Virus record (IMG/VR): IMGVR_UViG_3300035670_000223
Location: 1 to 60,740 of that record
DNA length: 60,740 nt
Direction: 5' to 3' (one strand)
DNA from: a virus
Lineage: Duplodnaviria > Caudoviricetes
This document shows, in pieces, positions 9,116 to 18,667 of this stretch; within the stretch, counting starts at the first letter, position 1, and the number at the start of each line of letters is the position of its first letter. A program made the translations under genes and the position numbers. A model generated the notes under the pieces. It made no database searches and was not told the DNA's origin. It saw only the letters and a program-made list of their open reading frames with translations.

Positions 9116-9973
9116 ATGAAAGAATTAAAGCATTCTAAATTCAAAAATACTGGTATTTTGTTTGAGCTTTTAGCAAGACAAATTACAGCAGATATAATTG
9201 AAGGAAAAACCTCAAAAGCAAGTGCGTTTTTGAAAAAATATTTTTCAAAAAATACTGAAATGTATAAAGAATACATTTTGTATAAGACATTAGTTAATGA
9301 AAAATATACGTCAGAACAAAAAGCATCTATGCTAATAGAAACAGTAGTAGCCACAAGAAAAAAAGTAAACAGGCAAAAATTACAGGAAGAAAAGTTTAAT
9401 TTAATAAAAGAAATTAAACAAGAATTTAACGTAGATGCGTTTTTCAAAACAACAATACCAGAGTATAAAATATACGCATCGATCTATAAATTATTTGAAT
9501 ATAACTCAGATGATAACCCATTGGATACAGTAAGATCCAAAAGTACATTATTTGATCATATTTTAAAAACATCCAAAAGTAATAAATCAGATGATGAATT
9601 TCAAATATTAGAAAATAACTATCAGTACGAATCCGAAGATATCAGATTGTTGTCATATAAAATATTAGTAAATAAATTTAATGAAAAGTATGGATTTTTG
9701 GGAGAAAATCAAAAAAATACATTGCGAGAATTTATACTAAACATTTCAAACTCAAACAATCTAAAAACATTTATAATAAATGAAATTACAAAAATAGAAT
9801 CATTTATTATTGAATCGGAAAATAAAATTGAAGATACTGTTTTAAAAATAAAAATAAATGAACTTTTAAAATTAACAATGTCCTTAAAAGAAATAAAAAT
9901 AGTTACAGATGATCATGTTGTAAAACTTTTAAAATTGCAAGAATTAAAAAATGAATTAGGGAGAATCTTATAA
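9116..9973 (+). CDS. Hypothetical head-module protein
   Basis: 285-aa helical ORF (KHSKFKNTGILFELL) lying between portal and protease. Confidence 0.8.
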   Translation: MKELKHSKFKNTGILFELLARQITADIIEGKTSKASAFLKKYFSKNTEMYKEYILYKTLVNEKYTSEQKASMLIETVVATRKKVNRQKLQEEKFNLIKEIKQEFNVDAFFKTTIPEYKIYASIYKLFEYNSDDNPLDTVRSKSTLFDHILKTSKSNKSDDEFQILENNYQYESEDIRLLSYKILVNKFNEKYGFLGENQKNTLREFILNISNSNNLKTFIINEITKIESFIIESENKIEDTVLKIKINELLKLTMSLKEIKIVTDDHVVKLLKLQELKNELGRIL

Positions 9974-10287
9974 TGTCTATACCTATACACCCATATGACT
10001 ATCCGCCATTAACTACTGAATCATATAATGATTTCGATAGATTAGGACATCCTGGTAAATTTTTTAAATCTATTCCTGCGTCTGGGACCGTTTATTTTAC
10101 TGGATCTAATTATGGAGCAGGTGCAATTTTACCTTTGTCTAGTGCAGCGGGAACTGCATATTTGTCTGGGGGTGGTTCAATTAATATGGCAGAACTTACA
10201 GCAGGATATATACACGAACTTTCAGTCGAGCATGTGGAAAGCGCGGCAAATGTAATAATATTAATACGCAATCAGGCTGTTAGATAA
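9973..10287 (+). CDS. Small hypothetical protein, possibly capsid-associated
   Basis: 104 aa, TAATG-coupled, with a Gly/Ser/Ala-rich beta-like C-terminal part. Confidence 0.7.
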   Translation: MSIPIHPYDYPPLTTESYNDFDRLGHPGKFFKSIPASGTVYFTGSNYGAGAILPLSSAAGTAYLSGGGSINMAELTAGYIHELSVEHVESAANVIILIRNQAVR

Positions 10288-10293
10288 ATTACA

Positions 10294-10827
10294 ATGGAAG
10301 ATGTAAAAGAATATATAAAACAAATTAAAAAATACATTTCCGAAGAGGATGGATCTGTTGGAAATGTAACATCAAATGTTGATGGATACAACATACCCGG
10401 TGCATTTGCTGCATCCGAAGAAGAACACGAAAAAAGAATGGATATTATCTCTAGGGCGTTTGGCTATGTCCCAGTAAAAAAGAAAAAACCAAAATATTTT
10501 ATACCGGTACACAAACAGCCACTAAAGCAAGTAAAAAAAGAAAGTGTATTTCAAGAATTTGCATCGCATTTACATTTAAATGAGGTAAGATATTCCGATT
10601 TTAAAAAAGATGAAACGTTATCAAATTCTAAAAAAATAAATGTTGGTATAAAAAAAATAAACAGATCTTTATATGAGTTAGAATCATTTATAAACCAACA
10701 TTCTAAATTAAAAAATGAAATGAATATAACAAACGATTTATACTGGAAATCTTCAAAAAAGAAATTACATAAAATCGCAGAAAGATTAATTAAAATATCA
10801 AAAAAAATTATAGAACTATCAGCATGA
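10294..10827 (+). CDS. Hypothetical protein, probable prohead core/internal protein
   Basis: 177 aa directly upstream of the protease (ATGA overlap); several (I/L/V/F)xE sites (ISE, FQE, LNE). Confidence 0.7.
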   Translation: MEDVKEYIKQIKKYISEEDGSVGNVTSNVDGYNIPGAFAASEEEHEKRMDIISRAFGYVPVKKKKPKYFIPVHKQPLKQVKKESVFQEFASHLHLNEVRYSDFKKDETLSNSKKINVGIKKINRSLYELESFINQHSKLKNEMNITNDLYWKSSKKKLHKIAERLIKISKKIIELSA

Positions 10828-11483
10828 ATAATACAGAAGATAAACAACTGCTCATAACATTTGTAGGTACAATGGATATTTCACCTGCAATGGTAAATGA
10901 ATCAATGACTACTAATAATGGAAAATTGATTGTAACGGGCCCTTTGCAGCGAGCTGAAGTAAAAAATCAAAATGGGCGTGTTTACCCAAAAGAAATTTTA
11001 GTTAATGAATCTAAAAAATATTATGATACGCTCGTAACAGAACGTAGAGCATGGGGAGAATTAGATCATCCAGACAGTGCTGTTGTTAATTTAAAAAATG
11101 TTAGCCATAGAATTATAGACATGTACTGGAAAGGTAATGATTTAATTGGAAAAATAGAAATAGTAAATACCCCATCTGGTAATATATTAAAAGAATTATT
11201 TAAATCCGGTGGGAAGGTTGGGGTATCCTCCAGGGGCCTTGGAACTGTCAAAGAAGTTAATGAATCACTTGTTGTTCAAGATGATTTTGAATTAATAGCA
11301 TGGGATTTTGTATCAAACCCAAGTACTCATGGAGCCTTTGTTGTTCCAACAAACGAATCGATTATAAAAGAATCTGCTGAATTCAATAATAAAGTAAATT
11401 TAATTGCTGAAAAATACAGCAAAGCAAACAGATTAATACAGGAATTAATTTGTGAATTATCATGCGAATGTAATTTGGAGTAA
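10824..11483 (+). CDS. Prohead core protease (T4 gp21-like)
   Basis: NQNGRVYP, GELDHP, VSH, GVSSRGLG and DFVSNPS are gp21-family catalytic motifs. Confidence 0.96.
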   Translation: MNNTEDKQLLITFVGTMDISPAMVNESMTTNNGKLIVTGPLQRAEVKNQNGRVYPKEILVNESKKYYDTLVTERRAWGELDHPDSAVVNLKNVSHRIIDMYWKGNDLIGKIEIVNTPSGNILKELFKSGGKVGVSSRGLGTVKEVNESLVVQDDFELIAWDFVSNPSTHGAFVVPTNESIIKESAEFNNKVNLIAEKYSKANRLIQELICELSCECNLE

Positions 11484-11485
11484 GT

Positions 11486-12034
11486 ATGCCAGCTAAAAGT
11501 GAAAACCAACAACAATTAATGGCAATGGCTTTAATGTACAAGCGCGGCAAAATGAAAAATGCGTCTCCAGCCGTTAAAGCATTGGCAAAAAATATGTCAG
11601 AAAAAGAATTGGAAAAATATGCAACAACATCCACAAAAGGATTACCAAAGAAACTAAAGAAAGAAGAAATAGTAAAAATTTTTGAAAAATTTATAACTAA
11701 AGTTGATGATTCATATAGAATACGAAGTGCAAAAACGGGCGAGCTATGGCCGCAAAAATATGATTCATATGCACATGCATTAAAAGCATTAAAAGCATAC
11801 CAAGTTCATAAAAATGAAGTATTAGAAGATGTTGAAAAACAAAGAATTGATCAAATAAGCACCATAATTAAAACAAATTCATCGGGTAGAGTAGATGAAG
11901 AAGTAGTCGATGTGCCATCGGCAAACCTAATGATGAGTGTTTATGAAGCGTTGACTTCAATGGAAGCAAGAGCAAAATTTTTAAAATTACCTGTAAAGAA
12001 AATGATAGAGGTTTCACATAAATTAATTAAATGA
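11486..12034 (+). CDS. Multi-module hypothetical protein with DUF3008-like N-terminus; candidate head internal protein
   Basis: MPAKSENQQQLMAMAL...AKNMSEKELEKYATTSTKGLPKK followed by two further small modules. Confidence 0.65.
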   Translation: MPAKSENQQQLMAMALMYKRGKMKNASPAVKALAKNMSEKELEKYATTSTKGLPKKLKKEEIVKIFEKFITKVDDSYRIRSAKTGELWPQKYDSYAHALKALKAYQVHKNEVLEDVEKQRIDQISTIIKTNSSGRVDEEVVDVPSANLMMSVYEALTSMEARAKFLKLPVKKMIEVSHKLIK

Positions 12035-12040
12035 GGTTTT

Positions 12041-12271
12041 ATGAAAAAAGTTATTACGGATAGAGTTAAAAAATACGGAACATACGTAGAAGTAAAAAAC
12101 AATGATATAGAGTCGGCATTGAAAAATTTTAAAAGAAAAGTAAAAGAATTTAGAATTTTAGAGCTATACAGAGAAAAACAAGAATATGTAAAACCGTCTG
12201 AAAAAAGAAAACGTGCAAAACGTGCATCTATTTTAAAACAGAAAAAAAATAGATTTTCGCAAGAATTATAA
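12041..12271 (+). CDS. rpsU: Phage-encoded 30S ribosomal protein bS21
   Basis: VEVKNNDIESALKNFKRKV...ILELYREKQEYVKPSEKRKR matches the bS21 pattern (IExALxxFKR...YxKPS); SD gaggt. Confidence 0.9.
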   Translation: MKKVITDRVKKYGTYVEVKNNDIESALKNFKRKVKEFRILELYREKQEYVKPSEKRKRAKRASILKQKKNRFSQEL

Positions 12272-12289
12272 TGTTTTAAAAAAAATTAT

Positions 12290-12298
12290 ATATTTATT
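12290..12298 (+). promoter_or_regulatory. Putative late promoter motif ATATTTATT
   Basis: Intergenic, after an A-tract, upstream of the scaffold/MCP pair. Confidence 0.55.
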
Positions 12299-12392
12299 AG
12301 ATATAATACTTCGTATTTACGGAGTTCCAAAATAATTTAATTTTATTATAGCGATTAAATAGCTATAGAATTTTTTTCTATGAGGATTTTTT

Positions 12393-13421
12393 ATGTCAAA
12401 AGATTTATTGAGAGAGGCCATAGCCGATGCTAAAGCAGTAAAAGAAACTGCATATGCAAATGCTAAATTAGCATTAGAAGAAGCATTGGCACCACACATC
12501 CAATCAATGATTTCTGCTAAATTGTCAGAAGACTTGGATGAGACGGTCACCGAAGATTCAGTCAATGAAGAAAATACTGAATATGGTACCGATGATATGC
12601 ATAAGGTGAAAGACATTACAGAAGCTGATATGGAAGATAAAGATGAAAAGAAAGATGAGTCTGTATCTGAAATTACAGCTGAAACTGTAGCTGAGGAAAA
12701 GGAAGAAGATAAAGAAGAGATGGATGAGGAAGATGACATGTCAGACCTCGATTTAGAGGCAATTATTCGCGAATTGGAAGAGGAGCTTGCATCATCTGAT
12801 ATTGGTCAAGGCGATAACAAAGAACCATCAGATGTATCATCCGCAGCTGATACCGATGATCCGGGTAAAAATGACCTCATCCATGCCGAAGGAAATGAAA
12901 TGGGCCATGATGATGAAATGAAAAAGCAAGAAGGATCAAAAATGATAGATCTTGAAGAATTGATCCGTGCTTTAAGAGAAGTGGATTCAGATGAGGAAGA
13001 TATGAATGAAGAGGGCTACGGAAAAGATGATGATAGTGATGATAAAAAAATGGAATCATTACAATCAGATCTTGCCGAAGCATATGAAGTGATTACTTTC
13101 TTAAGAAATCAAATCAATGAAATTAATCTTTTGAATGCAAAACTTATGTATTCAACAAAATTATTCAAAAAGTTTGATTTAAATGAATCTCAAAAAGCTA
13201 AAGTGATTGAAAATTTGGATAGAACAAAGTCATTGCGCGAAGCAAAACTTATCTATACAACACTTGCTGAAACATTTCATTCACATAAAACCAAAGCTTC
13301 AACATTAAAGGAATCATTTGCTAGTAATGCAATTCCATCTACAAAGCCTTCAACAACAGAAATTGTTTCTGGTGGAAATGAATTGGCAAGTAGATTTAAA
13401 GTATTAGCAGGATTAAAATAA
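12393..13421 (+). CDS. Prohead scaffolding protein (gp22-like)
   Basis: Highly acidic (D/E/M-rich) with a coiled-coil C-terminus (EINLLNAKLMY); directly upstream of the MCP. Confidence 0.85.
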   Translation: MSKDLLREAIADAKAVKETAYANAKLALEEALAPHIQSMISAKLSEDLDETVTEDSVNEENTEYGTDDMHKVKDITEADMEDKDEKKDESVSEITAETVAEEKEEDKEEMDEEDDMSDLDLEAIIRELEEELASSDIGQGDNKEPSDVSSAADTDDPGKNDLIHAEGNEMGHDDEMKKQEGSKMIDLEELIRALREVDSDEEDMNEEGYGKDDDSDDKKMESLQSDLAEAYEVITFLRNQINEINLLNAKLMYSTKLFKKFDLNESQKAKVIENLDRTKSLREAKLIYTTLAETFHSHKTKASTLKESFASNAIPSTKPSTTEIVSGGNELASRFKVLAGLK

Positions 13422-13463
13422 TAAAAATAATAAAATAAAATTATTTAAATTTAGGAGAAATAA

Positions 13464-15107
13464 ATGAGTGTTAGAGAAATTTTAAGTCAAACATCTAGCC
13501 CATATAAAAAGCAGATGGATGAGGCAAAACCACTTATAAACAAGTGGGAAAAAACAGGCCTTCTTGAAGGTCTTGGTAAGGATTATGATAAGTCAGGAAT
13601 GGCCATTCTTCTTGAAAACCAAGCAAAGCAGCTTATTGAAGAATCATCAAGAACTGGAACAGCCGCAGGTTCAGAGGAGTGGGCAGGCGTTGCTCTCCCA
13701 CTTGTAAGACGTATTTTTGCACAAATTGCAGCAAAAGATTTCGTTTCGGTTCAGCCAATGAACCTCCCTTCAGGACTTGTGTTCTTCCTTGACTTTAAAT
13801 ATGGAACAGCACAACCCGGCTTTACTACTGGTGCTGGTAAGGATTCACAATCAGATTCTGTATTCGGTGTTACCGGAAAAGCTGCAGAAGGTGTAGACCC
13901 ATCTGGTGGTCTCTATGGTGCAGGTAGATTCGGTTACTCAATCAATGAAGCCTCATCAACTACATTAACAATTGCTTCATCCGTTGGTGCATCTAACTTT
14001 GCAACAAGTTCAGTATCTGAAGCAGATTATGACTTTGATACAGAGTTTTATAATACATTTTCTGCATCAATTGCAGCCGGTGAAATTTTTAAGCTTACTG
14101 TATCAAGTGCATCACTTGACGTATCATATGATCAAGAAGCTATTCGTAGCTTTAATATCAGTGGTTCTGGTCTTACTGGATATTTCCCACAGTATACAAA
14201 TACAAATTCAACTGGAACACAGATAACCTTTATTTGCCAACGAGCAGCTGCTACTACACCTGCAAATGCAGTTGTTGACTTCAGCAAGCAGCCAACGGCA
14301 CTTAGTAGAGGCGACTTTGAAGATAGAGCGGGATCATTAGATATTCCAGAAATTAATCTTGAGCTTCGCAGCGAAACAATAGTTGCTAAGACACGCAAGT
14401 TGAAGGCAGTGTGGACACCTGAATTTGCACAGGATTTAAATGCGTATCACTCAATCGATGCGGAAGCAGAATTAACATCAATGTTGTCGGAGTATATCTC
14501 GCAAGAGATCGATCTTGAAATTCTTGACATGCTTATCAAGAACGCACAGACAACTGAAAGATGGTCTGCTCGTGTTGGTCGTCAATATGATGGATTAACT
14601 GGTACATTCCAAGATCTTTCAAGTGCACAAGCACAAGCATCGGCATATACACAGCAAACTTGGTTCCAAACACTTGGCACCAAAATGCAAAAAGTGTCAA
14701 ATGCAATTCACCAAAAAACGATGCGCGGTGGTGCTAACTTCGCGGTAGTTGGACCACAGGTTGCAACTATTCTCGAGTCAATGCCGGGATTTGCTGTAGA
14801 CCCAGGAAGTGGTCAGGAAATGCAATTTGCAATGGGTGTCCAAAAAGTTGGTACATTCCAAGGTCGCTATCAAATCTATAAGAACCCATATATGTTAGAA
14901 AATCAAATTCTTATGGGTTATCGTGGATCACAGTTCCTTGAAACAGGCGCAGTCTATGCCCCATATGTGCCATTGATCATGACACCGCTTGTATACGATC
15001 CAGATACCTTTACACCACGTAAAGGCGTAATGACTCGCTATGCAAAGAAAATTGTTCGTCCTGAATTCTATGGTCTTATCCAAATCGATTCATTGGGCGA
15101 CATCTAA
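13464..15107 (+). CDS. Major capsid protein (T4 gp23-like)
   Basis: LLENQ, LPLVRR, VQPMNLPSGLVF, AKTRKLKAVWTPEFAQDLNAYH, EIDLEI, YAPYVPL and GVMTRY; SD aggag. Confidence 0.97.
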   Translation: MSVREILSQTSSPYKKQMDEAKPLINKWEKTGLLEGLGKDYDKSGMAILLENQAKQLIEESSRTGTAAGSEEWAGVALPLVRRIFAQIAAKDFVSVQPMNLPSGLVFFLDFKYGTAQPGFTTGAGKDSQSDSVFGVTGKAAEGVDPSGGLYGAGRFGYSINEASSTTLTIASSVGASNFATSSVSEADYDFDTEFYNTFSASIAAGEIFKLTVSSASLDVSYDQEAIRSFNISGSGLTGYFPQYTNTNSTGTQITFICQRAAATTPANAVVDFSKQPTALSRGDFEDRAGSLDIPEINLELRSETIVAKTRKLKAVWTPEFAQDLNAYHSIDAEAELTSMLSEYISQEIDLEILDMLIKNAQTTERWSARVGRQYDGLTGTFQDLSSAQAQASAYTQQTWFQTLGTKMQKVSNAIHQKTMRGGANFAVVGPQVATILESMPGFAVDPGSGQEMQFAMGVQKVGTFQGRYQIYKNPYMLENQILMGYRGSQFLETGAVYAPYVPLIMTPLVYDPDTFTPRKGVMTRYAKKIVRPEFYGLIQIDSLGDI

Positions 15108-15129
15108 TCTATCATTAGATAGAAGAAAT

Positions 15130-15165
15130 AAATGGGTAGCAGAAATGCTACCCATTTTTATTTTT
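15130..15165 (+). terminator. Rho-independent terminator after MCP
   Basis: AAATGGGTAGCA-GAAA-TGCTACCCATTT is a perfect stem with a GAAA loop, followed by T-rich sequence. Confidence 0.9.
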
Positions 15166-15193
15166 ATAACTCATATTATATCACTATTTTTTG

Positions 15194-15202
15194 ATATTTA
15201 TT
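15194..15202 (+). promoter_or_regulatory. Putative late promoter motif ATATTTATT
   Basis: Lies between the MCP terminator and phoH. Confidence 0.5.
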
Positions 15203-15235
15203 TTAAACTAATCTTCTTATAATAATGGATTTTTT

Positions 15236-15970
15236 ATGATAAACAATACCAATGTTATTGATGGCGAATTTGCTGATTTTGAAACTAATTTTGGAAAGGA
15301 GTTTGGTATTAAACAAGGAAGAAAACAGTTAAAAAATAAAATAAAATTTGGGTTGTCTTTAAATGAAGAACAAAAAGATGCTAAAGCATCTATATTAAAT
15401 GATTCAATTTCTATAATAACGGGGAAAGCTGGTTCTGGTAAAACACTTTTGGCCTGTCAGATAGCACTTGAATATTTATTTTACCGAGAAATAGACAAAA
15501 TTATAATAACACGGCCAACTGTATCAAACGAAGATATTGGATTTTTGCCGGGTAGTATGGAAGAAAAAATGAATCCATGGGTTGCGCCAATTCATGCAAA
15601 TATGTATATGCTTGCCGGAAAAGAAAAGGTTGAAAAACTAATAGGAGAGGATAAATTAGAAATAGCTCCTATAAGTTTTATGCGAGGTAGAACATTTGTA
15701 AATTCGTGTGTAATAGTAGATGAAGCACAAAATATTACACGATCTCAAATGGAAATGATTGTGTCAAGATTGGGCATGCATTCAAAAATGATAATATGTG
15801 GCGATAGTACCCAAACTGATTTAAAAAATAAAAAAGACAGTGGATTTCCTCATTTATTTAATATGAAAGATACAATATCTGGTATCGGTGTATATGAATT
15901 AAAGAAAAATCACAGACATCCAATTGTTGAACAATTATTATCTTATTTTGAAGAAATACCGACAAAATAA
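15236..15970 (+). CDS. phoH: PhoH-family ATPase
   Basis: GKAGSGKT, ITRP, GFLPG, FMRGRTF, DEAQN, GDSTQTD and RHP motifs. Confidence 0.95.
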   Translation: MINNTNVIDGEFADFETNFGKEFGIKQGRKQLKNKIKFGLSLNEEQKDAKASILNDSISIITGKAGSGKTLLACQIALEYLFYREIDKIIITRPTVSNEDIGFLPGSMEEKMNPWVAPIHANMYMLAGKEKVEKLIGEDKLEIAPISFMRGRTFVNSCVIVDEAQNITRSQMEMIVSRLGMHSKMIICGDSTQTDLKNKKDSGFPHLFNMKDTISGIGVYELKKNHRHPIVEQLLSYFEEIPTK

Positions 15971-16001
15971 ACAATAACTAAAAATATTAAAGAAAAAAAT
16001 A

Positions 16002-16010
16002 ATATTTATA
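16002..16010 (+). promoter_or_regulatory. Putative late promoter motif ATATTTATA
   Basis: Intergenic, after an A-tract, upstream of the neck genes. Confidence 0.55.
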
Positions 16011-16044
16011 CTAGTAGTTAATTATTTAATACGAGAGATTTATT

Positions 16045-17178
16045 ATGGTAGTAATTCCAATATGGCCCGGATCATCTAGCTTTTCTCCAGGAGACACGCC
16101 CTTTGGATTTTATGACGATGAAGCTATATTTACACAGCAAATCGACAAAGCTGCAAAATGGGCTGCAACTAGACTTGGATATCCAATTGTTGATGTGGAA
16201 TTACAACCAGTTAATTTCTATGCATGTTTTGAAGAGGCAGTATATGAATACACGAGCCAAGTAAATCAATTTAATATACGTCAGAATATGTTAAATTTAC
16301 AAGGTGCATCTACCGGTTCAAATTTATCCGGAAAACTTGTAAATGCAAATTTAGGAAGACTAGTTTCAATTGCAGATGAATATGGACAAGAAGTTGGAGT
16401 TGGTGGAGAAATTGACTTTAAAACTGGCTCCATACAACTACAACCAGATGTTCAAAACTATGATTTAAAAACCCTGTTCAATGATATCTACGAGCCAGAC
16501 GGTACGGTTGAAGTCAAGCGGATATTTCACTATAGGGTACCAGCATCATCTAGATTTTTTGATCCGTATTTAGGTAATCAGGCACTTTTAGATGCGTTCG
16601 GATTTGGGCCCTATTCAACGGGTGTTCAGTTTATGTTAATGCCTGTTTATTATGATTTACTTAGAATCCAAGCAATAGAATTCAATGATGAAATAAGAAA
16701 ATCTGCGTATAGTTTTGATTTACGAAATAATAAATTAACCATATTTCCCATTCCATCTGAACCCATAACCTTGTATTTTACATACATTTTAAAGGAAGAT
16801 AGGTCAAACCCAATTAGAAAACCGGTCGATGGATTAATTTCAGATTATAGCAATGCACCATATGGTATATTGCCATTTAGCAGTATAAATGATGTTGGCA
16901 GAGCTTGGATATATTCGTATTTCTTAGCACTATGTAAAGAAATGTTAGGATACATACGTGGTAAGTATTTAGAAATTCCCATACCAAATGCAGAAGTAAC
17001 TCTAAATTATTCCGAATTAATTGATTCTGCAACTGTTGAAAAAGAGAGATTAATTAAAGAGCTTCAGGCAGCACTGGAAGAAACTTCAAGAAAAACACAA
17101 CTTGAAAAAAAGAAGTTAGAATCTGATGCGATCAGAGAAACTTTATCAAATGTACCCTTAAAAATATATATTGGATAA
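16045..17178 (+). CDS. Neck / head-tail adaptor protein (gp13-like)
   Basis: RLGYPIVDVEL and WIYSYFLALCKEMLGYIRGKY...IP...VTLN resemble gp13; syntenic position. Confidence 0.8.
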   Translation: MVVIPIWPGSSSFSPGDTPFGFYDDEAIFTQQIDKAAKWAATRLGYPIVDVELQPVNFYACFEEAVYEYTSQVNQFNIRQNMLNLQGASTGSNLSGKLVNANLGRLVSIADEYGQEVGVGGEIDFKTGSIQLQPDVQNYDLKTLFNDIYEPDGTVEVKRIFHYRVPASSRFFDPYLGNQALLDAFGFGPYSTGVQFMLMPVYYDLLRIQAIEFNDEIRKSAYSFDLRNNKLTIFPIPSEPITLYFTYILKEDRSNPIRKPVDGLISDYSNAPYGILPFSSINDVGRAWIYSYFLALCKEMLGYIRGKYLEIPIPNAEVTLNYSELIDSATVEKERLIKELQAALEETSRKTQLEKKKLESDAIRETLSNVPLKIYIG

Positions 17179-17699
17179 TGGCACTATACGGTAAAAATAG
17201 AGATATAAGTTTGTTTAATACTCTAAACAAGGAGTTAATTGTAGATATAATTGACATTGAAGTTAGTATATTTAAATTATCCTTAGAAAAAACAAATACA
17301 AATATTTACGAAGAAGCAGATAATAAAGTTTATTATTCTGGTGTTAAAGTTCCATGTTTAATAAACAGATCAAATCAACAGTATAATTTTGACAATCCAA
17401 CTATAGATTATTTACAGCCAATAGAATTTCAATTTTTACGTGATATTCTTATAGATGTTGAAATTGTAATTGAAGTGGGTGATCTTGTTGAATATAATGG
17501 AGAATATTACGAAATCGATAACGTAATAGATAACCAGTATATTTTAGGAAAAAATCCAGACTATGCATCAACGGGCACAGAATGGGGATCAAATTTTTCC
17601 ATTATAGCACAGGGGCACATAACAAGACGCAGTAAACTTAACATAGAGCAAGTCAGATCTGGAATCAATAAAGAAAACAACTTACCAAATAACTTTTAA
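17178..17699 (+). CDS. Neck / head-closure protein (gp14-like)
   Basis: NIYEE and EVGDLVEYNGEYYEI head-closure-type motifs; follows the gp13-like gene. Confidence 0.7.
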   Translation: MALYGKNRDISLFNTLNKELIVDIIDIEVSIFKLSLEKTNTNIYEEADNKVYYSGVKVPCLINRSNQQYNFDNPTIDYLQPIEFQFLRDILIDVEIVIEVGDLVEYNGEYYEIDNVIDNQYILGKNPDYASTGTEWGSNFSIIAQGHITRRSKLNIEQVRSGINKENNLPNNF

Positions 17700-17701
17700 T
17701 T

Positions 17702-18613
17702 ATGAAAAATTCTCAAAAATATAGACCACCTTTAAAAAGAACAGTTGATTCTTTTATTGATGATAAAGATAAAATAACCAGACCCAACCATCAATTGGGC
17801 CAAACCAGACATACACAAATAAGAAGAGACCAAGATAAAGTAAAGGGCCCGAGTGTAAGTCTATATGACATTGACTTTGCAATAAAAGCTTTTTTTGAAA
17901 ATGTTATAAAACCAAAAGTTGTAGAAAACGATCAGATTGTGGATGTTCCTATATTGTATATGAATTCTGAAAAATGGGCAAACATTCAAAAAGAAGGATA
18001 TATACGAGATAAAAAAGGAAAAATATTAATACCGGTAATCGCATTTAGAAGATCAACGGTAGATATCGATGAGCAATTGAAAAGAAACAAAGTATCACCA
18101 GTTGAAGATTTGTATTATTTAGCAGAATCTAAATATGATAAAAATTTTAGATATGATCAACTCTCATCGCAAATCGGAGCAACTCGTCAAAATGAATATT
18201 ATCTAATACAACCGCCGGATTATGTTAAAATAACATATGAATTTCAATTTTGGTGTGAATACCAATCACAGCTAAATGATTTAATTGAAACTATGATTTT
18301 TTATGAGGGTCAATCATTTGGCGATAAAAATAATTATAAATTTAGATCATATGCAAATAATTATACGATAGACAATTTACCAAATATAAACGAAGACAGA
18401 TTAGTAAGAGCTACATTTGATATTGAAACATATGGATATCTTGTTAGGGAATCAGTGACAGGAGAAGTTGTGACAAAACGAAGATTAGCTACAAAGCGTA
18501 TAGTATTTAATGAAGAAATTGTCAGTGAAATAGACCAAGATTTTAGAGATAACAGAAAAGGACCAAACGATAAAAAATATTATAGCGATACACTAAATAA
18601 TAATGATTTTTGA
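17702..18613 (+). CDS. Tail completion / sheath stabiliser (gp15-like)
   Basis: VPILYMNSEKW...IPVIAF...PDYVKITYEF; lies between neck and sheath genes. Confidence 0.7.
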   Translation: MKNSQKYRPPLKRTVDSFIDDKDKITRPNHQLGQTRHTQIRRDQDKVKGPSVSLYDIDFAIKAFFENVIKPKVVENDQIVDVPILYMNSEKWANIQKEGYIRDKKGKILIPVIAFRRSTVDIDEQLKRNKVSPVEDLYYLAESKYDKNFRYDQLSSQIGATRQNEYYLIQPPDYVKITYEFQFWCEYQSQLNDLIETMIFYEGQSFGDKNNYKFRSYANNYTIDNLPNINEDRLVRATFDIETYGYLVRESVTGEVVTKRRLATKRIVFNEEIVSEIDQDFRDNRKGPNDKKYYSDTLNNNDF

Positions 18614-18624
18614 AAAAAAAAATA

Positions 18625-18633
18625 ATATTTATT
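18625..18633 (+). promoter_or_regulatory. Putative late promoter motif ATATTTATT
   Basis: Intergenic, after a long A-tract, upstream of the 18668/sheath genes. Confidence 0.55.
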
Positions 18634-18667
18634 AAATGAATAGACATTTTTTTAACATGGAGGTTTT

